The notes beneath the pieces are model-generated. The model was not told where the DNA came from, ran no database searches, and saw only the letters and a program-made list of their open reading frames with translations. Made by a program: the position numbers and the translations under genes. Shown here one piece after another: positions 1 to 9,226 of a stretch of 64,000 nt of DNA. The number at the start of each line of letters is the position of its first letter. Within the stretch, counting starts at the first letter, position 1. Where the stretch lies: contig JAJYIF010000017.1 of the NCBI GenBank assembly GCA_021790195.1, forward strand, positions 1,798-65,797, in the 5' to 3' direction. This stretch comes from Nitrospirota bacterium (GTDB taxonomy: Bacteria > Nitrospirota > Thermodesulfovibrionia > Thermodesulfovibrionales > UBA9159).

Positions 1-840
1 AGAACCGAGGCTGTCTATGATCTTTGCCGTAAGGTCCATGACCCCGACAGAACTGCCGCCCGAGATGAGGACCATCGAGCATTCCTTCAGGGATTCTTCG
101 ACCACGTTCCTTATATCCTCGTACACGTCCTGGATTATCCCCTTTTTCACAGGCTCTCCACCGTTTTCAAAAATGAGTCCCGCAAGGTTGTAAGAGTTTA
201 TATCGCGGACCTGGCCCGGCCTCAGGGGTCCACCCAAGGGAACAATCTCGTCTCCGGTCGAAACGACCGCAACTTTGGGCCTCTCGTATATCGCAACCTC
301 CTGCACTCCTACGCCTGCGATCGCCGCAACATCCTGAGGTCTGAGAAGACTGCCCCTCTTAAGGACGATCTCGCCTTTCCTTATATCGTCCCCGGCTGAA
401 ATCACGTTCTCGCCCGGGGCCACCGGCTTCAGTATCTCTATCAGGCTCCCATCGACAGACTGGACGTGCTCGAACATGACGACTGCATCCGCCCCCTCGG
501 GGAGCATCCCGCCCGTCGGGATCTTCGCGGCAGTTCCGCCTTTCAATGCTAAAAGAGACTCCTTGCCCATGACAATCTCTTGACTCACGTTCAGATAGGA
601 AGGAAGGGTCTCGCTTGCTCCGAAGGTGTCCGAGGACTTCACGGCAAAGCCGTCGACTGTGGAGCGCGAAAAAGCCGGGAGGTCTTCGGGAGAAGACAGG
701 TCTTCGGCCAGGACCCTCTCGTAGCAATCCCCGATCTCTAACTTTTCGACCGGAGGCGTCCTGACCGGAACATGCCGTGCAATGAGTTCCCGCGCCTCAT
801 CTACCGAGACAGCGTTCTCTCTCCCCAGCATGTCACGCAT
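1..840 (-). CDS. moeA: Molybdopterin molybdenumtransferase MoeA, N-terminal ~280 aa; the gene runs off the left edge of the window
   Basis: Not in the ORF track because there is no stop inside the window. My own minus-strand translation from ATG at 840-838 reads MRDMLGRENAVSVDEARELIARHV...FSRSTVDGFAVKSSDT...KIPTGGMLPEGADAVVMFEH...KVAVVSTGDEIVPLG...GQVRDINSYNLAGL...MVLISGGSSVG. This is the typical MoeA domain pattern. The tracked ORF 359..727(-) is a wrong-frame shadow of it. Confidence 0.85.
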   Translation of the reverse strand, partial: MRDMLGRENAVSVDEARELIARHVPVRTPPVEKLEIGDCYERVLAEDLSSPEDLPAFSRSTVDGFAVKSSDTFGASETLPSYLNVSQEIVMGKESLLALKGGTAAKIPTGGMLPEGADAVVMFEHVQSVDGSLIEILKPVAPGENVISAGDDIRKGEIVLKRGSLLRPQDVAAIAGVGVQEVAIYERPKVAVVSTGDEIVPLGGPLRPGQVRDINSYNLAGLIFENGGEPVKKGIIQDVYEDIRNVVEESLKECSMVLISGGSSVGVMDLTAKIIDSLGS

Positions 841-848
841 GGGAGGTC

Positions 849-1628
849 TTAAAGATTGCTCCTTTGAGACAAAAGCCAGGAGCTCAGAGCAGGGCGGCGG
901 ACCGCCACCATCGGGCTCCTGGTCGTAACTTCCGAGGACTTGCCGTTACACAGGATGTCCACCATCCTCTCCACGGATTCCAGCTGAAGACGCTCGATAT
1001 TCTTCTTCGTCAGAACCGTGGGATCGACGGAATTCCTCTGGATAAAATCGCCGACGCGCTCCTTATTGAAGCAGGAAAGGAGGAGCATGCCCCGGAATAT
1101 CCTCTTGTTCGTCTTGAAAGAGAACAACGCCCTGTCCAGAGACTTTTCGAGGAATAGATCGTTCCGGGCCTGAACGGCCCTGTCTATCCTTATCGCCTGG
1201 GACCAATACTTCTTGTCGATAATACTGTCCGCCCTCAGCTCCACAAGGGTATGGGCGATGTTCCTCTTCTTGCTGGTAAAGCTGCCGTGCGCAACCGTGT
1301 CCGCAGCCAAATGGCTCATATACCCATAAACAAAGGCCTTCTGCTGGCGCGTCTTTGCGGAGTCGAGAAGGCCCAGAGCAACCTCCCAGCTATGGGAATT
1401 CTTGTCCTTCGGCAGGAACTTCTTGCCTATGATAATGTCGGCCATAAGATTTCCGTACAGAAAATCGTTTCTGTATTTCTTGATTATCGCGTACACGCTC
1501 GCGGGCAGCAGCGGCCCGAGCGAAAAGATCTCATTGCCGAGATATATATGCGTGAGGGGTCCCCAGGCAAAGGCAAGAGAGGGAGTCAGGATAATCGAGA
1601 AGAAAAGCAAAAATTTAAATGTCCTCAT
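849..1628 (-). CDS. Secreted zinc-dependent phospholipase C-like family protein
   Basis: 259-aa ORF with an N-terminal signal peptide (MRTFKFLLFFSIILTPSLAFA) directly followed by WGPLTH. Later His-rich motif HLAADTVAH, as in the bacterial Zn-PLC / P1-nuclease-like fold. 4-nt overlap with pepA upstream. Confidence 0.55.
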   Translation of the reverse strand: MRTFKFLLFFSIILTPSLAFAWGPLTHIYLGNEIFSLGPLLPASVYAIIKKYRNDFLYGNLMADIIIGKKFLPKDKNSHSWEVALGLLDSAKTRQQKAFVYGYMSHLAADTVAHGSFTSKKRNIAHTLVELRADSIIDKKYWSQAIRIDRAVQARNDLFLEKSLDRALFSFKTNKRIFRGMLLLSCFNKERVGDFIQRNSVDPTVLTKKNIERLQLESVERMVDILCNGKSSEVTTRSPMVAVRRPALSSWLLSQRSNL

Positions 1629-3085
1629 TTCATCTCCTTAAATAAATTCAAGAGGAGTCTGACGCCTATGCCGGTGGCGCCTTTTGGAGTATAAGGTTTG
1701 TCCTTATCGGTCCAGGCGGTCCCTGCGATATCGAGGTGGACCCACGGGGCATCGCCCGCGAATTCTTTCAGGAAATATCCGGCAGTCACAAACGAACCGT
1801 TCCTGCCCCCGGAATTCTTGATATCCGCAAGATCGCTCTTTATATATTCCATGTATTCTTCATAAAGCGGCATCTGCCACACCCTCTCATAGGTCTCCTC
1901 CCCGGCAGTCTTCAGCCTGTCCATCCAATCGTCATTGTTGCCCATCATGCCGATAGCTTCGTTGCCGAGAGCGACCGAGCAGGCGCCGGTAAGCGTAGCT
2001 ATATCTATTATAACCTCAGGCTTCATCTTTTTGACATACCCGATCGCATCCGCAAGGACAAGCCTTCCTTCGGCATCGGTGTTGATTATCTCTATGGTCT
2101 TTCCGCTCATGGAGGTCACAATGTCTCCGGGTTTTGACGCAGAGCCGCCCGGAAGGTTCTCCGTCGCAGGCAGGACCCCGAGGATATTGACAGGCAGCTT
2201 AGCCTCAGACGCAGCCTTTATCACGGCAAGAACGACCGCCCCGCCGGCCATGTCATACTTCATCTTCTCCATGCCTTCGCTCGGCTTTATCGAGATGCCC
2301 CCGCTGTCAAAGGTTATTGATTTGCCGATTATCGCCACAGGCGCGCCCCTGCCGCCGTTATATCTCAGCACAATGAACTTGGGCGGCTCCTTGCTGCCCC
2401 TTGCAACCGAAAGAAAAGCGCCCATCCCCTCCCTTTCGGCGTCTCCCCTTTCGAGTACCTTTACCGACACCCTTCCTCCCGAAAGTGTCCGCGCTGTCTT
2501 GGCGAGGACAGAAGGAGTCATATCGTTTGAAGGAGTATTGATGAGGTCTTTCGCGAAATTGACGGCGGACGTTGTAGAAACAATCCATCGCATCGAGGCC
2601 GTAAGGGCCTTATCGTTTCTGCATATCAGGGCGACCTTGTTTATACCCTTCTTTCGGTCGACCTCCCTCCTGTAGCGGCCCATTTTATAAAGAGACAGCA
2701 GGCCTCCTTCGATAATGAAAGCGGGAGAATGTCTCAATGCAAGGACATGCCTTCCCGATACCGCAATGTCCTTGCATCCCGCAACGTAAAGCTGGCCAAA
2801 GGCCCTTCCCCCTGCCTGCCTCAGCTTCTCTTTTGTAAGTTCAGACTTCTTTCCGAGTCCGGCGAGCAGAATCCTGCGGGGTCTTATCCTGTTCACGGTA
2901 TGCAGCAAAGTTATCTGATCGGACTTGCCCTCGAACTCGCCAGAGGCGACTACTTTCGAAATCAGTCCGTTCAACAGCGAGTCGATCGCCTTATAAGGCG
3001 CCGCGCCTTCGCCCTCGCAGACAGGTAAAATGAGGGCGTCGGCAGCATAGTCCACATCTCTTATATCCTTTATAGCAACTTTCAT
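1625..3085 (-). CDS. pepA: Leucyl aminopeptidase (peptidase M17)
   Basis: 486 aa with M17 signatures GKSITFDSGGISIKP and NTDAEGRLVLADA. Confidence 0.9.
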   Translation of the reverse strand: MKVAIKDIRDVDYAADALILPVCEGEGAAPYKAIDSLLNGLISKVVASGEFEGKSDQITLLHTVNRIRPRRILLAGLGKKSELTKEKLRQAGGRAFGQLYVAGCKDIAVSGRHVLALRHSPAFIIEGGLLSLYKMGRYRREVDRKKGINKVALICRNDKALTASMRWIVSTTSAVNFAKDLINTPSNDMTPSVLAKTARTLSGGRVSVKVLERGDAEREGMGAFLSVARGSKEPPKFIVLRYNGGRGAPVAIIGKSITFDSGGISIKPSEGMEKMKYDMAGGAVVLAVIKAASEAKLPVNILGVLPATENLPGGSASKPGDIVTSMSGKTIEIINTDAEGRLVLADAIGYVKKMKPEVIIDIATLTGACSVALGNEAIGMMGNNDDWMDRLKTAGEETYERVWQMPLYEEYMEYIKSDLADIKNSGGRNGSFVTAGYFLKEFAGDAPWVHLDIAGTAWTDKDKPYTPKGATGIGVRLLLNLFKEMK

Positions 3086-3167
3086 CAGAACCGCGACAAA
3101 TATTACTCACTCATTGTATCATAAATCAGGATAACAGAGCGCCAAATCTCCCAGGAGGGAACAGGAA

Positions 3168-3401
3168 ATGAGTGATGACTGGGTCCAGGTTTTCCTCACC
3201 TATGACACGATTGAAGCCGAGATGATAAAGGACCTTCTCGAAAGCGGCGACATCGAAACCGTCCTGAGATCGTCAAAGGCAGGTCCCTTTCCGGTCAACA
3301 TCGGGAAGATGGGGGAGATAAAGGTCCTTGTGAGAAAAGAGTATGAGGAGACGGCCCGCAGGCTCATCGCCGGAGAACAGGATAGTCCCTCTTCATCTTG
3401 A
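3168..3401 (+). CDS. Small DUF2007-like (putative signal-transducing) protein
   Basis: 77 aa. The pattern WVQVFLTYDTIEAEMIKDLLESGDIE...VLV resembles the DUF2007 beta-alpha-beta fold family. GGAGG-like RBS (aggaggga) upstream. Its 3' end overlaps the convergent ResB-like gene by 38 nt. Confidence 0.45.
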   Translation: MSDDWVQVFLTYDTIEAEMIKDLLESGDIETVLRSSKAGPFPVNIGKMGEIKVLVRKEYEETARRLIAGEQDSPSSS

Positions 3402-4080
3402 ACGCCACGAGAGCAATAATGCCGATCATAAAGAGGACTCCTCCGATCAGCGCCCAAAGTGTCCCCGGTTCTCTGCTCACCTCGAGCAGGACCTCTTTGG
3501 AAGGATAAGCCCGGACGTCCCTGACATAAATGCCTATCCCCCGCTCGAAAAAAGGCTTATTGGGAAGGAGAACGTCCTTTTTCTCAGCGCCGCCGGCTTT
3601 GAAGTCCACATTGACAGACCAATCAACTATATAGCCCTTTGCATCTTCGGATACGTTGATTGCGGAAATCTCAAACACTCCCCCGTCAGGCAGCGTCAGG
3701 ACACCGCCCTCATCGGCTATGCCGAAGGACTTGAACGCCCCAAGAGAGCTAAGAAGGTGCGCAAGGAGCATAAAGAGAAATCCGATATGCACTATCTGCG
3801 GCGAGATTATCATGATCCATTGGTCCGCCTTCCTCTTCTTTATAAGGGACTCGGCGCTGCAGAAGAGCGTATTGAGCGTGAGTACGGCGAGGATGCCGAT
3901 GCAGCCCCACAGCCACCACGTTACCGACGGAGGCTGCTCACCCAGCCATTCAAAGAGCGGGATTGAATGAAGGAGCTGAAACGCCTCATCGGCCGGCATA
4001 ACAAAGGCCCCGACAAAGAACAGGGCCAGGAGAAGAGCGAGCAGCAATACAGTCGTCTTCAGCGAGAGGAAAAACCGCAT
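3364..4080 (-). CDS. Short ResB/CcsB-like cytochrome c biogenesis membrane protein
   Basis: Tracked ORF is 3364..4155. I prefer the internal ATG at 4080 (MRFFLSLKTTVLLLALLLALFFVG...), which is a ResB-like N-terminal TM start. Additional TM segments, and it lies downstream of ccsA on the same strand. Much shorter (~238 aa) than classical ResB. Confidence 0.45.
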   Translation of the reverse strand: MRFFLSLKTTVLLLALLLALFFVGAFVMPADEAFQLLHSIPLFEWLGEQPPSVTWWLWGCIGILAVLTLNTLFCSAESLIKKRKADQWIMIISPQIVHIGFLFMLLAHLLSSLGAFKSFGIADEGGVLTLPDGGVFEISAINVSEDAKGYIVDWSVNVDFKAGGAEKKDVLLPNKPFFERGIGIYVRDVRAYPSKEVLLEVSREPGTLWALIGGVLFMIGIIALVAFKMKRDYPVLRR

Positions 4081-4150
4081 TACGTATTTCAGTATCTTCA
4101 CAGAGTCTCCTGTCCCGGCAAAGCCTGAAAAAACCAAAAAGATCTTCCCG

Positions 4151-4349
4151 CGCAAAGGCGCAAAGAACGCAAAGTCAGAAGAACAACTTTTTCACACGAA
4201 GGCACGAAGCTCACAAAGAATATGAAAAGGTTAAGAAGCTTCAAGGTCAAGAAGTTCCAAGTCCGAAAAGTGACCTCGACCTGCTTAACCCATTTGCCCT
4301 TCTTGAACTGTTCGACCTTTCTTTGTGCCTTTGTGTCTCTGTGTGAGAA
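4151..4349. repeat. Intergenic cluster of short C(A/G)CAAAG-type micro-repeats forming an imperfect long inverted repeat
   Basis: cgcaaaggcgcaaagaacgcaaag (4151-4174). ttcacacgaaggcacgaagctcacaaagaa (4191-4220), with its approximate reverse complement tttctttgtgcctttgtgtctctgtgtgagaa (4318-4349). A related unit aacacagaggcacagggga occurs at 38420-38438. Confidence 0.6.
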
Positions 4350-4449
4350 TAATGTCTTTGCTATATTCTTTGTTATACATCTTTTTCTGCGCCCTATCGA
4401 CTTCGCGTCAGATATTTCGTTCATTTTGTACAAGACTATTCCCAAGGGA

Positions 4450-5160
4450 CTAAAAAGTGTGTGAGCTTTTCATCAGGAGACTCACTCCAAGATACGTGAA
4501 GATCACCACAGCGAAACCTGCGACGCCGAGGACCGATGACGGCCTTCCGCTCCATTGCTTCGTGAAACGCGCATGGAGATAAAGGCTGTAAAACACCCAT
4601 ACGATCGAAGTCCAAAGCTCTTTCGGCGTCCAGAGCCAGTAAGTGCCCCATGCGAGATATGCCCAGACACCCCCGAATATCATCGAAAGAGAAAACAGGC
4701 AATAACCGACGAGCAGCGACCTGTATTGAACGCCTTCAATCGCGTCATCTTTTTCCTTCAGATAAAGGAGCCCTATGATCGCCCCTATTCCGAAAAGGGC
4801 ATAAGAAAGAAACGCCGAGACGACATGAAGCTCGAACCAAAGCGTCTTCAATACCGGAGGGAGAGGGGCATTCTGCTGTTTCGAGAGGACCCCGGCTACG
4901 ACGAAGATTACGGCCGCGGCTGAGACCCCCTTATGGAATACAGGGTACTTCTTCAGGGCAATGCCGAAGGGGACCGAGAACGCCGCCACGCACGCAGAGA
5001 GGAAGATGAGGGTGTCGTGGGGTCCGATCAAGGGAAGTCTTCCGAGCTCCAGCCCTCTCGAAACAATATAAGCGACCTGCACGGCAAGCCCCAAATAAAG
5101 GAAGGGCCTTTTCCAGAGGCTCAGAAGATACAGGACACAGGCTGCATAGGCCATCGGCAT
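4450..5160 (-). CDS. ccsA: Cytochrome c assembly protein CcsA/ResC (system II heme handling)
   Basis: 236 aa, polytopic. Trp-rich WWD-type motif WAYLAWGTYWLWTPKELW; the canonical form is W-G-x-x-W-x-W-D-P-K-E. Confidence 0.7.
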   Translation of the reverse strand: MPMAYAACVLYLLSLWKRPFLYLGLAVQVAYIVSRGLELGRLPLIGPHDTLIFLSACVAAFSVPFGIALKKYPVFHKGVSAAAVIFVVAGVLSKQQNAPLPPVLKTLWFELHVVSAFLSYALFGIGAIIGLLYLKEKDDAIEGVQYRSLLVGYCLFSLSMIFGGVWAYLAWGTYWLWTPKELWTSIVWVFYSLYLHARFTKQWSGRPSSVLGVAGFAVVIFTYLGVSLLMKSSHTF

Positions 5161-5214
5161 CTGTTTATTTTACAGCAATGCGCGGCAGATTGTGCAAGGG
5201 CTGACGAGGATACT

Positions 5215-6513
5215 TCATTTCGCGTTATACGACTTTACGTCAAGCCTCATACCCTCGACCTCCTGCGGATCATATCCCGAATACAGATAACTGAAGACCG
5301 TGTTATTTGTCAGAAGCGGATCGAGGCCCTCGTCGATCACCCCGCTCCGGACCAGCTCTTCCCATGATTTCGTCCCCTTGATAGGGGAAAACTCCGTAAG
5401 GTTTATGCGGACATCGAGGTCCTTCAGGAATTCGACCCCTTCACGGACCTCATCAAGGGGCTGGCCGGGGAGGCCGTACATTAGATAGACCCCGATTTCG
5501 TCCTTGGTGAACCCCTCGTCCTTGAGATATTTGACTGCGCTCTTCATATCTTCATTGCCGACCTTGCCGCCAGTGACCTCCTGCCTCTGATGATCGACGG
5601 TTTCGAGACTCAATCGTATAGTCCTGAAGTTAGCCGCCTTCATCAGTCGCGCGATCTCCCTGTCCAGAAACCTTGCATGAAGCCCGTTCGGAGTATGAAA
5701 CCGGGCGTTGAGACCCTTTGCTACGATCTTCCGGAGGAGGGGTTTTATATGCTCTTCCGGATCAAAGAGAAGGGCGTCGTCATAGAAGGCGAAATCACGA
5801 ATGCCCGTGTTGAACAGTCCGCCCAGCTCGTCGATCACATCGTCTGCGGGCCGCCTCTCATATCCTTTTGAAAGAAGATCAGAGGCGCAATAATGACATC
5901 TGTACGGGCATCCGCTCGCCGTCAGCAGGGGGGCGAAGGGTTGTCCGCCCTGAAGGCCCGCCCGGAAGCGAGCGCTCACATGCCGTCTCTTTTTCGGTCT
6001 GAAACCGAAGGTCCTGATGGCAAAACCTATGCTGTCGCTCAAAGGCCCTTTATAAATAAAGTCGGCGCCCGAACAACGGGAGGCGTGTTCATGATAGAGA
6101 GTTGCATAGACGCCGCCGAGAATAATCGGCACGTCGCCCGCGGTCTCTCTGACCAGCTCCACGGCCCTCTGCGCCCCAGGGTACCAGTAGCTCATAACGC
6201 ACGTCATAAGAACGAGGTCGAGAGGCAGCTGTTCCTTTACCTTTCCGACAAACTCCTCAGCGGCGATCCCGTATCGTTTGTAACTCCTCGGAACTTGCCT
6301 GAGGAGCGAAGGCTTTTCTATCCTTTCGCTTCGGAACCTCCCGGTCCCGTATTTCCTTATTTCAATAGAATCTGTACAATCTATGAAGAAAAGCTCTGTT
6401 TCAAGGGAGTCCAGATACCCTGCGACCTTGAGCAGGCCGAGGGGCCTCGACCATAGATTATAGGCGGCAAAATCATGGATCCATGGGTTGACGAGGAGAA
6501 TGCGCAGATTCAT
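5215..6513 (-). CDS. B12-binding-domain radical SAM protein
   Basis: 432 aa. N-terminal Rossmann-like start MNLRILLVNPW..., then the radical SAM cluster motif GCPYRCHYC (CxxxCxxC). Confidence 0.75.
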   Translation of the reverse strand: MNLRILLVNPWIHDFAAYNLWSRPLGLLKVAGYLDSLETELFFIDCTDSIEIRKYGTGRFRSERIEKPSLLRQVPRSYKRYGIAAEEFVGKVKEQLPLDLVLMTCVMSYWYPGAQRAVELVRETAGDVPIILGGVYATLYHEHASRCSGADFIYKGPLSDSIGFAIRTFGFRPKKRRHVSARFRAGLQGGQPFAPLLTASGCPYRCHYCASDLLSKGYERRPADDVIDELGGLFNTGIRDFAFYDDALLFDPEEHIKPLLRKIVAKGLNARFHTPNGLHARFLDREIARLMKAANFRTIRLSLETVDHQRQEVTGGKVGNEDMKSAVKYLKDEGFTKDEIGVYLMYGLPGQPLDEVREGVEFLKDLDVRINLTEFSPIKGTKSWEELVRSGVIDEGLDPLLTNNTVFSYLYSGYDPQEVEGMRLDVKSYNAK

Positions 6514-6558
6514 AAAATTGTTTGAAGTTCTCGTTTACAAAGGTTATATTACACTACC

Positions 6559-7593
6559 ATGCCGGTGAATCTATATTCAAAGAACTACAGGAAGTTTGTC
6601 TGGGCCGGTCTGGCCATGGTTGTCATCATTACGGCCGGCACCACAGGATACTGGTTCATAGGAGGCGGCAGGTATTCTCTCGTGGATTGCCTCTATATGA
6701 CTATTATTACGGTTGCGACCATAGGATACGGAGAGATCATCGACATGTCTCATAGCCCTGCGGGCAGGATATTTACCATGTTCATTGCCGTATCGGGCAT
6801 AGGCACGGCAACATATATCCTCACCAACCTTACTGCCTTTATGGTGGAGGGAGAACTGAGCGAAGCCTTTCGGAGGAGAAAGATGGAGAAAGTGATCGGG
6901 AAACTCAAGGGACATTATATCGTCTGCGGCGTTGAAGGCGTGGGGTTCTATGTCTTGAACGAGCTCTGCGATACCAGGAGACCTTATGTTGCGGTGGATG
7001 TGGATAGGGAAAAGATAGATAAGACACTCGAGAGTTTATGTAATCAACTTTTCATAGTGGGCGACGCCACTGACAGCGACACTCTCGTCGAAGCCGGGAT
7101 CGGTGAGGCAAAGGGGTTGTTTGCAGTCACCGGAGATGACAATCAGAACCTTGTTATAAGTCTCACCGCCAAACAGCTCAATGCGGATGTGAGGGTCGTT
7201 GCGAGGTGCCGGGACCTGAGGAATGTCGAGAAGATGAAAAAGGCAGGGGCCGACGCCGTAGTCTCTCCTACCTTTATAGGGGGCTTGAGGATGGCCTCGG
7301 AGATGGTGAGGTCGACCGTTGTGTCTTTCCTCGATACCATGTTGCGGGACAGGGAGAAGAACCTCAGGATCGAGGAATTCATGGTGCCGAAGGCGTTCGC
7401 GGGAAGACCGATCGCAGAGATGTCCTGGAAGGAGCACCCCAACACGCTTCTCCTCGCCGTGAAGGCTGAAGGAGGCTGGCTCTACAACCCTCCCATCGAC
7501 TATATCCTTAAGTTGGGAGACGCCCTGATCTTCATGACTACCCCTGAAGAAAGGGACAGACTCGAAGCCGTCTTTAAAGCGGGAAGCGATTAG
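6559..7593 (+). CDS. Two-TM potassium channel with cytoplasmic RCK/TrkA-N and TrkA-C domains
   Basis: 344 aa. Selectivity filter TVATIGYGE, followed by a Rossmann-type HYIVCGVEGVG motif and a C-terminal TrkA-C-like region. Confidence 0.8.
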   Translation: MPVNLYSKNYRKFVWAGLAMVVIITAGTTGYWFIGGGRYSLVDCLYMTIITVATIGYGEIIDMSHSPAGRIFTMFIAVSGIGTATYILTNLTAFMVEGELSEAFRRRKMEKVIGKLKGHYIVCGVEGVGFYVLNELCDTRRPYVAVDVDREKIDKTLESLCNQLFIVGDATDSDTLVEAGIGEAKGLFAVTGDDNQNLVISLTAKQLNADVRVVARCRDLRNVEKMKKAGADAVVSPTFIGGLRMASEMVRSTVVSFLDTMLRDREKNLRIEEFMVPKAFAGRPIAEMSWKEHPNTLLLAVKAEGGWLYNPPIDYILKLGDALIFMTTPEERDRLEAVFKAGSD

Positions 7594-7601
7594 ATCCGTC
7601 C

Positions 7602-8453
7602 GTGGGTTACTACGAATTCAATCTTACAGTTCCGGACAGATCTAAGGAAGCGCTTCTGAACAAGGTGTCCGAGATGGGCTGCCTTGGAGTTACCGAGAAT
7701 AAAAATAGCCTTACCGCTTTCTTCCGGGACGGACAGGACGTCACAAAGCTGAGGGACGAGTTGAACTCCTTCAAGAAGGTCCTGAGGGAGTGCGACCTGG
7801 ACGACGGCTTTTCTTTCGACTATAACTATCTGTCCGAGAGGGACTGGAACGAAGCGTGGAAGAAGAAGTTTGTTCCCATCGACGTCGGGAAGAACCTCTC
7901 GATCCTTCCGCCGTGGGAAAAGGGGAACGGCAGCCGCATAGCCCTGATTATCGACCCAGGAATGGCCTTTGGGACCGGCCATCACGAGACAACAAAGACC
8001 TGCCTCATGCTCATCGAAAGATTTTCGGAGAAACAAGACGGTAAAAGGAAGTTCCTCGATGTCGGCACCGGAACTGGCATACTCTCCATCGCCGCATCAA
8101 AGCTCGGTTTTAATGAGGTTACAGGAGTGGACATCGACCCGCTTGCCATTGACGCGGCAACGCGAAATACTGCCTTGAATGGACTCGGGAACGTCCTCAT
8201 AAAATCCGGGAGCATCGCAGGAGTTGAGGGGCGCTTTGACATGATAGCCGCAAATCTGATGTCGGAAGTATTGATTTCTATAGCTTCAGATATCGCTTCG
8301 CATCTGAAGGAGGGCGGGACCGTTGTATTCTCAGGAATTCTCGTGGGCCAGGAGGACGGCGTCATAAAAGCAGCGAATGAAGCCTGTCTCGATATACTCG
8401 AAAAGGTGGCGGACGGAAGATGGGTGTCGCTTGTGGCAGGACATAGAACTTAA
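7602..8453 (+). CDS. prmA: Ribosomal protein L11 methyltransferase
   Basis: 283 aa with a GTG start. PrmA motif IDPGMAFGTGHHETT and SAM-binding DVGTGTGIL. Confidence 0.85.
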   Translation: MGYYEFNLTVPDRSKEALLNKVSEMGCLGVTENKNSLTAFFRDGQDVTKLRDELNSFKKVLRECDLDDGFSFDYNYLSERDWNEAWKKKFVPIDVGKNLSILPPWEKGNGSRIALIIDPGMAFGTGHHETTKTCLMLIERFSEKQDGKRKFLDVGTGTGILSIAASKLGFNEVTGVDIDPLAIDAATRNTALNGLGNVLIKSGSIAGVEGRFDMIAANLMSEVLISIASDIASHLKEGGTVVFSGILVGQEDGVIKAANEACLDILEKVADGRWVSLVAGHRT

Positions 8454-8632
8454 CATGGCGCAAGATGCCGGACAGCGGTGAGGGCATTCAATACTGCCCA
8501 TCACTTCCTTGTGGTCGCCGGACGCCTTGAATAATACTTGTCCACTTCAGTAAGTATCTCCCGCCGATAATATTTATTGTTAAAAATCGTTCCGGGATAT
8601 GAGATAATGAATATAGCACTGAAGGAGAGGAC

Positions 8633-9136
8633 ATGGATTTTGGGCTTGCCTTGAAACGTCTTGAGGACCTCGAAAATGCGATTGAGAAGCTCTATGTATG
8701 GTTTGCTGAATTGTGCCGACCCGACCCCTCTGTCGCATCTTTGTTTAACAGTCTGAGCCATGAGGAACACATGCACGCCGACATTATCAGGTATCAGTTT
8801 AGGATATATCAAAAGAACAAGGGGCACTTCCGGGACGTGGAGATCGACACGGAGGCGATATCCGCTCTTACCGGGAGGATCAGGGAGTTAATGATTGTCG
8901 GGAGGATTACAACATCGGAGGAGGCGCTGGAGGCCGCCTACAAGATAGAGAACAGCGCCTCGGAGCATTATTACGTACTGGCCGGCTCCCAGTCAAATCC
9001 GGAGATCAAGAATGTCCTTAAGGCCATGGCCTCAAGCTGCAACGAGCATCATGGACGATTGGCCAGATTCTTTACGAGCACGGGGCTGGATGTCCCTACG
9101 GATAAGGATTTTGAACCCCAAGGACCGCAGAGCTGA
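8633..9136 (+). CDS. Ferritin-like / rubrerythrin-like four-helix-bundle protein (tentative)
   Basis: 167 aa, helical, with spaced E/H pairs (LSHEEHMH, ENSASEHY, CNEHH) as in di-iron ferritin-like domains. No stronger match recognised. Confidence 0.35.
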   Translation: MDFGLALKRLEDLENAIEKLYVWFAELCRPDPSVASLFNSLSHEEHMHADIIRYQFRIYQKNKGHFRDVEIDTEAISALTGRIRELMIVGRITTSEEALEAAYKIENSASEHYYVLAGSQSNPEIKNVLKAMASSCNEHHGRLARFFTSTGLDVPTDKDFEPQGPQS

Positions 9137-9226
9137 TACCCTTTCCGCTTCGGGTTGATTTTCCGCGCTTAATGATATATGCTGTTTTAGTCGTATTTTA
9201 TCCTCTCGTTAAAGTGGCACGATAGA

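Noticed and set aside
359-727. 122-aa tracked ORF on the minus strand near the left edge.
   Set aside because: It is a wrong-frame overlap of the moeA coding sequence. The Arg/Pro-rich translation has no motif, whereas the alternative frame gives a clean MoeA sequence.
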